Source of the DNA: Eledone cirrhosa
Taxonomy: Eukaryota
Assembly (NCBI GenBank): GCA_964016885.1
Contig: OZ024742.1
Coordinates: 33,294,001 to 33,358,000, forward strand
Length of the DNA: 64,000 nucleotides
Direction of reading: 5' to 3'
The translations under genes were made by a program, and so were the position numbers. How positions within the stretch are numbered: position 1 is the first letter of the stretch; each line of letters begins with the position of its first letter. A model generated the notes under the pieces. It saw nothing but the letters and a program-made list of their open reading frames with translations. It did no database searches and was not told where the DNA came from. Below are positions 53,101 through 64,000 of this stretch, one piece after another.

Positions 53101-56100
53101 ATGTATGTATCTATGTATGTATCCATATATGTATCTATGTATGTATGTATGTATCTATATATGTATCTATATATGTATTTATGTATATATCTCTGTATGT
53201 ATCTATGTGTGTACCTTCATGGAGGTTCATTTAGGACCAATAAAGAATTACAGGTAACACCAACATCATTGTTATATTTTTTAAATATCTACCACCCAGT
53301 TCACATTGTAGTAGCTTCCTAACAAAACAGTACTTTCTACTCATTATACAAAGCTTTAAGAAAATTACAACACCCTCTTAGTTATTTGAAGAAATCCTTC
53401 AAATTTTGGATTATTTTCAAAATAATTCCACTTGAACAAGGGTAAGATGGCAAAGAAAGGGTTAAGGAGAAAGGAAATTTTACAATATTATTTATGAAGA
53501 AGTTAATTCTTCTTTGCCGACTGAGAGAGTTGATGGGGCAGAGTCCTCAAGCATGCCTTCCAGTGGGTTCTGTCAGAAGCAACCATCTCCAATTGATCTG
53601 GATGGTTCCCCAAGTGAAACCAACTGAGCTAATGGATGTTTTCCAACCATCTTGCTTAAGGTCTACTTGGTCTCTTGCCAGTTGGTTTTGCCCATAAAAT
53701 CTGTCCAGCAATTCTTTCCTGAAACATTCTAACATTTCCATAGTATCGGAGATGTAATCTCTCAATTTGGAGAAGCAGTGGGTCTGAGAAAAGTATAAAT
53801 AAGACCAGCAAAATACTGCAATATTGTAAGGAAAAATAAAGGCATTCATACTGCATCGTCCATCATGGAGGATAACAAGGGACGTGTTCAGGCCTTAGGT
53901 AGAGGGGCCTGCAACCTGACCTGGGAGGCATGGGTTAGACACAAAAAGGTTGCATATCCCAAGACCTCAAAGAGGGTCTGGAAGAGAGCAAACCTTAACA
54001 ATAGTTTAATGAAGTTAATTAATTTATTAAATCCCTCCAAATGTTTGATTATTTAAAAAATAAAAAATATATAACTAAAACACATGGTTAAGTATATATA
54101 ATGTGTACCTAGTTTAGAATAGGTACACTGTGTATCTCTGCATGTTGTTAAAGGTCACTCAAAAGGTTAGCATTAGGATGGTCATCCAGCTGTAAAATAT
54201 TGTCTCAAAAAGGACCCCATAAGCATGAAACCTATCATGGGGTATACAAGGTTAACCCTTACTATAGCATGGAAAATAAACTTTAAAAATTTGTAGCATT
54301 TATTATGGAGAAGATTAGTATTTTTAAATCTCTCCTAATTCTTGACTATTTTCAAAATTAATTGAAACATGTGAACAAGTGTAGTTATTTCATTAAAAAT
54401 ATGACCACAAATAAAAGTAAAAAATACAATACAAAATAAATAAAGATCCAAACTTTTGTGTAAGAGGCTAGACTGACATCAATAGCTGTTTGGCAACAGC
54501 TGTTAATATCTCTGGCAAAATGTTGGATGAATTTTCTTATTTACTTCATTCATAAATTTAAGGCATGGAAACAAATAGAAAAGTGATTGAAAGACACTGT
54601 TTTGAAAATCAACGATGATGGTGATGATGATGAATAGATAAATAAATAAAAATGGAAAATGTTCTTTTTTGGCAACAATTATGGATGTAGTGATGATAAC
54701 ATACTAATGATCATCACTTAAGCACTTATAGACAAAGCATATCATTTTCATAGTCAGGTCGATATCTTAACATAACATATGGTATCAAAATAGACAGGAT
54801 GTCTTACTGGCAGTCAACTTCCGAATAAGGGAATTTAAAGGGTTTAAAAATATATATGTGAGTGTATGTGTGCATATGTGTATATATATATCTTTACATG
54901 TGTATGTATATTTATGTATAATGATGAGCAGCGTTTTTACATTGACCTTTTTATGCTGGCATGGGTTAGACAGGACTTTTTGAGGCAATGATTTTATCTG
55001 GATGCCCTTCCTGACACCAACTCTTCTAGTCACTTCTTACAGCATGCAGGGATGCTGTGTACTTATTCTAAACTAAATGCCCATATCTCACTAACATACA
55101 ACATTGCACTTCACAGGCAAGCTTCATACAGCTTGCCTTTCGTTCATGGAGAGAAACTTTTTGTTATCAGCAGAAGTAGGAACTCCTTGAACATTTTTCA
55201 CCCTGTTCTTTCAGAAAACTATGCTACCCCCTCCAATGCTGATGAGGTCACCTAGGTAACAGAAGCTAACTTCTATGGCACCTTCCCCCAAAAGTTAATC
55301 ATTTTACTAAATCCCTCAGATTCCTTAAATATTTTCAATATTAACTAAAAAGTCATAAATTGTATAGTTCATTAGAAATATAACGAAAGGGTTAAGAATA
55401 GAAATAACATTGAGTGGAAGCCTATATTTATTTACATTCCTAGCAACAGTTCAGTGAAATAAACACAGTTAATCCTACATAACAGCCATATTAAAAACAT
55501 ATAAACAAACTTCATTTTTATATGAACAAATGAGAGACTTTTTATGTACTTGCTCACTTTTTAGAAATAGTAGCCAAATTTCTTTTAACACTTTCATTAC
55601 CATAAACCCATGCTAGCGTGGAAGATAGATGTTAAACGATGATGATGATGATGATGATGATGATTTCTAATATAAGATACTGCCTATGATTTTCAATTAA
55701 TTTTGAAAATAATCAAGAATTTAGAAGGGTTTAGTGGTATAAGTAAGTAGTGTTTGGAATACAATGTAAAGGCTCTTAAATAGAACTATGATGGCAGAAT
55801 TTTAGATAAATATAAACACTAAGTCTTAACATCTGTACTTGTGATGCTGTCCTAGTTGAAAGACACCCACCTATGGGAATACAGAGAGAGAGAGAGAGAA
55901 ATATATACATACACACTCACATATATATACATAGAGGGGGAAAGAAAGGGAGGGGAAAGAAAGAGGGGGAGAGAAAGGAAGGAGGGATATATATATAGAG
56001 AGAGAGAGAGACTGCAGAAGTTTCATAAGTCCATTATATTAATAAGTTTTTTTTTTGTTGTTTTTTTAAAGGAAAAATTATAAGACCACAACAGCTGCCA

Positions 56101-56377
56101 AGAACTTGAATATTCTCTGCTAGTCTTGACAAAATCTTAGCAAATTGGCTATACTTAAAATAAACATGTATAGTGAGTCACATCAACATTTTGTCGCAGT
56201 TTAACCCTAGGCCAACACTGACTGAGTAGACATTTGATGAAAGATGTTCCAACCATGATAATCCTGTCTCTTTTCTTAGGTAAATGATCAAGAAGACTTC
56301 AGTTGTGTCAACAACATGACAACATCCCTAGTGTTGGTGCCATGATCATGTATTTGGTAGAGCATGGAAACATATAG

Positions 56378-56379
<2 letters not shown>

Positions 56380-56412
<33 letters not shown>

Positions 56413-56592
56413 TGTTTCTACTTTTGGCACAAGGCCAGCAATTATCCAGTGCATTACTGGTACTTTTATTTTATCGACCCCGTAAGGATGAAAGGCAAAG
56501 TTAACCTCGGCGGGATTTGAACTCAAACCATAAAGAGCCGTAACTCTTTGCTGCAAAGCATGGCCCTCTACCGATACTGCCAATCCACCGCC
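56380..56592 (-). mobile_element. Nin-type SINE with (ATT)n tail
   Basis: Consensus match. Confidence 0.82.
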
Positions 56593-56597
56593 ATTAT

Positions 56598-56925
56598 AGA
56601 TAATAATAATAATGAAAATTGTGTACTGTGCTCAGGTGCACTGCAACTCATCAAAGGTGCATGTATAATACATAAAATAATGTACAAATATCAGGAAAGT
56701 GAACAGTGTATGAGTCATGATATATACACAGATACATATGTATGGAGGGGGGATATCAGGTCTAGTGTTGGCGAATTTCGGGAAGCATGGATGTTTTAAA
56801 GGATGCAGTGTCCTAACCGCTAACAACTGGTGCAGATATTTTTTCACGCTAAGAGTTGCTGAAGCATGGAACAAACTGTTTCCAAAAGTCATGGGAGCTG
56901 TGCTACTTACGGACTTTGTAGGCCA
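56598..56925 (-). mobile_element. CR1 3' end with a small internal inversion
   Basis: Homologous to 21636-22170; segment ~56836-56876 (FFTLRVAEAWNKL) lies on the opposite strand. Confidence 0.75.
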
Positions 56926-58423
56926 CAGAGGCCCCTGATTTGTCTGAGTACTCGATAGAGTGCAGGAACATATCAACCCCGTAAGAATAAAAGGCATAGC
57001 TAACCTTGGCAGGATTTGAACTTAGAATGTAGAGGGAAGTAACTATATGCCACAAAGCATACTGTCAATCCCACAGAAATAATAATACCACATTGTTATA
57101 AAAATTTACTGTTTATAATCATTATCTTCATCATCATCATTTGTCCATTTTCACTGCTAGCAAGGTTTGGATAAGTGGTGAATTTGTAGAATCATTAGTT
57201 TTGGACAAAATGCTTTGCTGTGTTATGTTCTGAATTCTGAGTTCAAATCCCATCAAGATCCACTTTGCCTTTTCTTCTTTCCAGGATCGATAAAATAAAG
57301 TACCAGTCAAATACTGGAGTTGATTTAATCAACTTTGCCCTTTCCTCCAAAATTGCTGGCCTTGTGCCAAAATAATCACTATAGGACAGTGGCTTGGCAG
57401 TATTGCTAGAGCACGAGACAACATGCTTTGTAACATGTAGTTACAGACCTTTATGTTCTGAGTTCAAATCCCACTGAGCTTAGATTTGATTTTAATCCTT
57501 ATAGGGTTGATAAAATAAAGTACCAGTAATGCACTGGATTGAGTAATTTGCTGTACAAGCCGAGGCTTGTGCGATTTTTTGTCTTGTTGTACAAGTGGAA
57601 ATCTGCAGTACGAGTGAGTTTCATACAATTAATAAAACCAGTTTACATATTTCTTTTGTATTCTCTTTTATGTTTTTATAATTGTCATTTTCCTTGTAAC
57701 TGCACCTTTTCTGTTTTAAAACCCATAAAAATTTATTTTTGGGTGGTTTTCCGGGCTGGAATGGATTATTTATATTTTAATTAATTTCAATGAGGAAAAT
57801 TGATTTGTAAAATGAGTAAATCGTAGAACGAGATAGGTCATGGAATGAATTAAACTCGTACTGTGAGGTATCACTGCATATGCATGCCCTTGTGGCTAAT
57901 AAAGAAACCACTATTATATAACCAACATCCTTTCGAAGTCGATAAAATAAAGTACCAGTAGCGCACTGGAGTTGATTTAATTGAGTTTCCTCTCCCCCAA
58001 AATTGTTAACCTTGTGCCTAAATCAGAAACCATTATTGTTCACCATTACATTAAAGAGATAGAAAATGAATGTAACTTTTATGTTGACTTTAAATACGAA
58101 CTACCACTTGCAAGGGAGAATCAATGCTTGAATAGCTCCTATCTATTTCTATCCAAATTTAGTGTGATAGCAATGTGCTCAAAATATCAAATAGATTGCC
58201 AATTCTATTTCGGTATCATCACCATACAACACTAACGCTACCACACACATTAATTATCCCATTGATTACTGTAATCTTAGCTTTATTTTATACGATATAG
58301 TGGTTGTGCCTTGTGCCTTCTTTCTCTGATGTGTGTGTGTGCTCTCATTGTTGTTTGCAAAATTAAGTTACATTCAACAAAACTTGTTAAGTCATTTTAG
58401 TTCTCAAACAATTTTCTTCGCTG

Positions 58424-58750
58424 TCACCACCACCACCATGACAATGACAACCACCATCGACACCACCACCAGGACAATGACCACCACACTCACCCTCACC
58501 TTGAGGACAACCACCACCATAACTGCTACCATGATGACAGTGACGACGATGACCACCATCACCACCATGACCACCCTCACCATGACAACCATGGTGACAA
58601 CCACCACCACCACCACCACTCCCATCAAGACCACCTCACCATGATAACAATGGTGCCAATGACAACCATCACCACCACTACCATCAGTGCAACCACCACC
58701 ACTACCACCATCAATATCACAACCAGGACCACCACCACCACCACCACCAA
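58424..58750. repeat. Degenerate (ACC/ATG)n trinucleotide tract
   Basis: Direct inspection. Confidence 0.9.
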
Positions 58751-59806
58751 GGATACTAACTTACCTTTCCTGACTAAACAGTAAATAAAAAGTGTTTTCC
58801 TGGAGCTTTTTTATGTAGGTTATTCAGTCCGGTTTAGAATAAATACACATATTAAGACTATCATAGAGCCTGTAACATTAACCTGTTTTAATTGGGAAAA
58901 TGGCCTTAAACCCGTTGTTGTTGTTGTATCAAAGATATCATTAAACTTACTCTATTCAGTATTTCTTCAATTTCTTGTCAACTATCCCTAGATCCAGCTA
59001 TCATTTTCTTATTTCATCATTCCATAAACATTGTAATCAATACATATAATTATCATAGTTAAGATATTTTCCACAGCTGTCTTCCTCTGTTGTCATTTGT
59101 GAGTTTTCTTTCTACTTTACTATAGCTTCTCTCTAAAACATATATTTCTACTATTAGTTATCATAAGATAAAATACTCCAAGTGACAATTCTAGATGCTG
59201 AGAGAGTGAACTATAGTTTCACAATGAGTTGATGATGGAATACCAACCCTAACCCTAATTAAGCCCAACCCAAACCTAACACATATATATGCAATGGATC
59301 TGGTGAATTGCACAGGACATTTTCAATTTTTACATTCAAAATCTATTGCCAACAATACCCTTATATTTCTATTGAAATACATTGTGTATGTGTCTCAATC
59401 GCTTTGAAAATAAGAAAGTATATGTTGGGTAAAATACTTTCAAAAGGATGAAAAGAAAAGTTGACTTCGACAGGATTTTAACACAGAACATAGAGCCAGA
59501 ACAAAGTTATATACAGCCAGGCATATTTTTGTCTGGTACTCTGACTTTGCTAGTACAACTTTTTATAATTTCAGCTAGTCGGAAACTCATTCTTATAATT
59601 AAATAGATAAATAGATGTAAAATGTCCAACACATGCAAGCATGGAAAAATGGATGTGAAAGGATGAGAATGATGATGAAGATGATATTTGTTTTGTTGGC
59701 AGATAAATCATTTACCATGAAAATACAATAGCATATATAGAGTAATGTAAATGCTAAAGGGTTAAATGATGATGATGATGATATATATAAACTTTACTTT
59801 TTTCTT

Positions 59807-60029
59807 TTAACCCTTTAGCATTTAAACTGGTCATATCCGGCCAGAATTCTCTCACCTTTTTCTGTTCAAACCAGCTGGAATTGGCCACTCATACTGATGT
59901 TAAGGGTATTGTTCTCAAAATAAACGATATCAAAATCTCATAGATTTGATATGAGATTATTATGCAAAGAAAGGCCTTTACCATGAAAATACAATAGTAT
60001 ATATAGATAATGTAAATACTAAAAGGTTA
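59807..60029. mobile_element. piggyBac-like MITE family A
   Basis: TTAAccctttagcattta ... taaatactaaaaggTTAA. Confidence 0.8.
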
Positions 60030-61269
60030 AAGGATGGCATGTTCTAGAGATTTGACTGTCTGTAAAGTGAATATCAAGAACCGGAAATAAAAACCAAGTA
60101 ATAGGACCAAACCCCACTAGCTTACTCTTAACTTAATACTGTATAATATCCAACTGTTGCTAGCAGGGAGAATAGGGGTTGCCATTACATGATGATGATG
60201 ATAAAGCACTAAAATTCCCCATGAGCCAGGAAAACAAATAACTGAAACATGCTTAAATTTGACAAACGAACAAAATACCACCTCACTCATATTTCAGCAC
60301 AGACCTTGTATATATGAATTGAATGAATGTCAGTATATGTATAACGGTGGGTGAGTGGGTGTGTGTATGTAATAGAGAAAGGGGAAGAGGGAGACAGAAA
60401 ATGAGATATTGTAGGAGATAGAGAGGGGGAGAGGGAGAGAAATTGAGACATTGTAGGAGAGATAGAGAGGAGAGAGAGAAAGGGACTATGTAAGAAAGAG
60501 AGTGGGGAGGGAGAGAAAAAGAGTGTGTAAAAGATAGTGTGTGTGAGAGAGAGGAAAATATGTAAGAGAGAGAGAGAGAGTGTGAAAGAGATTGTATTTG
60601 CATGTGTGTGTGTGAAAGGGAGATAGTGTGTTCGCATTGAGCATGAATATAATAGTATGTGTGTAGGTATGTATGTATTATGTGTGTGTTTGTATATCTA
60701 TGAGTGTAAGTGTAATAGAATGTTTGTGTGAGTGTGTATGCATGGTTGGTTAAATGACATGGAAAGATCGTGAGAGCAAGACAGTAAGAAAAGGCAGAGA
60801 GGGTGAGAAAGAAAGGGATATAAGAGAGAGAGAGAGAGAGGGGTGGGGTATGTGAGAAAGAGAAAGGAGAATCACATTACCTCCCTTGGGAATGTGTGTG
60901 TTTCAGTGTATATCAAAAGTACTTTAGTGTTAAGTTGTATTTTCATCTTTTCATCAAGAGTTAGCAGCTGTTGAAGGCTGATCTTATTTTCCTCTTTCTG
61001 ACTCTAAAGAGCACATCCGGCATTTGTGATGCAATCATGGCCTATACTATTACCCTTTTGTTATCAAACTACCTTAAACCCTCATTGGTTCTACAATACA
61101 AACTTGCCTTTTCTAAAGTGTTCGTATTTATCTAAAAATCTTCACTCATAATTCTATGTAAGCACCTTTGTTAATCTATGCTTCAATATTAAACCAGCTG
61201 AAACTATCGTTGGTTTTATAATACAAAACTGTTTATCTTAAAGTATTTATATTTATCTAAAAACCTTCC

Positions 61270-61772
61270 GAGTTCAAATCCCGCCGACGTTAACTTTGCC
61301 TTTCATCCTTACGGGGTCAATAAAATAAAGTACCAGTAATGCTGGCCTTGTGCCTAAAGTAGAAACAATTATAATTAGGGTCGGACGCCATGCTTTGACG
61401 CATAGAGTTACGTCCCTTGCCATTCTGACTTCAAATCGTGCCGAGGTTAACTTTGCCTTTCATCCTTAAGGGGTCGATAAAATAAAGTACCAGTAATGTA
61501 CTGAGTTATTGCTGGCCTTGTGCCAAAAATAGACACAATTATAATTCTACGTAAGAGGGCGGTGAATTGGCAGTATCGGTAGAGGGTCGGACACCATGCT
61601 TTGCCGCATAGAGTTATGGCTCTTTATGATCTGAGTTCAAATCCCGCCGAGGTTAACTTTGCTTTTCATCCTTACGGGGTCGATAAAATAAAGTACCAGT
61701 CAAGCACTGGGGTCAATTTCATCGACCCCCAAAAAAGAAATTGCTGGCCTTGTGCCTAAATCAGAAACCATT
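61270..61772 (+). mobile_element. Three stacked Nin-type SINEs inside a piggyBac-like MITE
   Basis: attataattctacgtaaga duplicated around the last copy; attataatt after the first. Confidence 0.82.
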
Positions 61773-62309
61773 ATAATTCTACGTAAGAACATTTGCTAAT
61801 TTATGCTCCAAACACCAGCTTAATAATAAGAAAGTTAGATATAACACTAAAACCCTCAAAATCCTTGATTATTTTCAAAATGGTTTGAAAATAATAAGCA
61901 GTACCTTACATTAGAAATATGGTAATGAAAGGGTTAAACTATCTAAAAAATGAAAGGGTTAAACTATCTAAATAAAAGTTCTCATATAAAATTATGGTGG
62001 GAGATTGTTAGATAAATATAAACACTTTAAAATAAACAGTTTTATATCATAGAACTAGGAGCAGTTGTAGGTAGTTTGATATTAAAAAAAGTTTAGGATT
62101 TCTCCAAGAGAAAGCTAGTAGAAATTCTTAGTCCAAGAATTTATAGAAACAGATGTATGTAGGGTTTGTGTTTTGATATAGTTTAACCCTCCTGGTACAA
62201 ACCCACCTGAAACCACCCTGGGTCTTATGATATAAAATCGATTCCATTATAACCCTTTAGATACCAAGCCACTGGACAGAGCATGGCCAAATGATTAAGA
62301 AGTTCAATT

Positions 62310-62640
62310 CAGCATTCAGTAATCAGAAAAAGAGAAGTAGGCATGAAAGCCAAACTCAATATCTTCAATTCAGTTTTCTTGCCAACCCTTACCTATGGTT
62401 ATGAATCTTGGGTAATGACCGAAAGAATACGATTGTGAATACAAGCGGCCAAAATGGGATTCCTCCGAAGGGTCTTTGGAGTAATGTTACTCGATAAAGT
62501 GCGAAACTCGGAAATCAGAGTCACTTCAGGCAGAAACGTTAATTCTCCGAATTGAGAGATCATAACTCTGAAACTATGGGTATGTGGTTAAAATGTCTGA
62601 GGAAAGAATCGCTGGACAGATTTTAAGGGCAGAATCATGA
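62310..62640 (+). mobile_element. RTE-clade RT C-terminal remnant, second family
   Basis: KAKLNIFNSVFLPTLTYGYESWVMT...MGFLRRVFGV..LDKVRNSEIR. Confidence 0.75.
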
Positions 62641-62924
62641 GGTCTTAAGCTTAACTTCATCATGTAGAATGTTAATTTTTTGTTTTATGTAAGGTAATCT
62701 AAAATCTTTGTTTTATGTAAGGTAATCTAAAATCTAAAAGTAACTTTACATGTATCATATACACAATGTCTAAATTTTTAATGTAATAATATCTACGTCT
62801 TACTATGATGCATAATGAAATTGAAAGTAAATTTATATTTAGTCGTTCATAAAATTTCCCTTATGGATTTCATGGATCACCTTCTAAAAAATATTGTGCA
62901 TCATTGTTTTAGAATATAAGTATA

Positions 62925-63175
62925 CAGTGCATTATTGATACTTTATTTTATTGACCCCGTAAGGATGAAAGGCAAAGTTAACCTCAGCGGGATTTGAACT
63001 CAGAACATAAAAGGGCCTAACTCTATGCTGCAAAGCATGGTGTCTGACTCTCTACTGATACTACTAATCCACCGCCCTTTGATATTTAATAATAACTCAG
63101 ACCGTAAAGGGCCATAACTCTATGCTGCAAAGCATGGTGTCTGATGCTCTGCCAATACTGCCAATCCACTGCCCT
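62925..63175 (-). mobile_element. Nin-type SINE fragments
   Basis: Consensus match, head present twice. Confidence 0.72.
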
Positions 63176-64000
63176 ATCATGATAATGAATAAGACATTGC
63201 ATAGCCAAGAAATATTTTTTTTACAAATGCAATGGTCACAGCCAGAAAGCCTGTAATAATAGGTAATTTGAGGGAGAGGGCAATCTGAGGAGAAACAGTA
63301 TACTTTCCCTAAACCTGACTGCAACATGTGAAACAAACATGTAGTATTGGTTTCATAAATCAAAGCCCTTCCAACCCATCTGTCACAGTAACAGCTTGTA
63401 TTGATGTCATTTGATGTTATGTTATTTGTTAAGTGAAATGTTGCAAATGTGTTTATTGGTGTTATTGTATAGTGTTAGAGTTTCGTCCTGAACAAGCAGA
63501 CCAGTTATCTTTATTGATCTAACACCTCTAAAGAAATAGAGAAAAACAAAAACAAAACATCTTACTTTAATATAAAACTGTAAATAAGCACATGTATACA
63601 CACACATCATGCACAGACATACATGTACACACACACAAACACACATATACACACGCAAACATGCATAATCTCACATAAACACACATACAAATAAATGTAT
63701 AAAAGCACACACACGGGTGCATACAAACATACAAACAAACACACACATGCATACACTCATTTATTTAGACTAGGACTTCTCAAACTACAAATTTTAATCT
63801 TTTCACATATTCATTTCCCAGGAGTCAATAAAAATACCCAACAAAATGAAATAATGATTTATTGTTTTCATACAAAACCTGTTGCTGAAGGAGTTAGATT
63901 ATATAATATATATATTGATTATGTATAATATATATAATATATATACTTATACATTGATTATCATCATCATTTTACGTCCGCTTTTCCTTGCTTGCAAGGG

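Noticed and set aside
59245-59280. Telomere-like aaccct repeats
   Set aside because: Only about two perfect units.

Overview
AT-rich, repeat-saturated eukaryotic DNA. The SINE/LINE families resemble those of octopus (inference, no search run). No intact host ORF is visible; the only host-like signal is one candidate short coding exon on + at 23850-23935. Most long ORFs in the track are microsatellite artefacts. Main findings: (1) a ~9.5-kb hub (43713-53213) where a (TATG/TATC)n microsatellite behind a CRE-type 3' end holds four minus-strand R4/Dong-type 3' ends with an identical junction and two plus-strand Tx1-type LINEs; (2) a 4.45-kb palindromic Penelope-like element (30054-34504) with a GIY-YIG remnant in the loop and a candidate hammerhead ribozyme in each arm, one near-intact and one deleted at its cleavage site, plus four SINEs stacked at one nucleotide and an 11x112-bp satellite grown from an RTE 3' UTR; (3) an inverted pair of near-identical Buster-type hAT derivatives carrying a minisatellite; (4) head-to-head RTE LINEs with a PHD-like finger inside RT. 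Many piggyBac-, hAT- and Tc1-type MITEs, Nin- and CORE-type SINEs and CR1 3' ends fill the rest.
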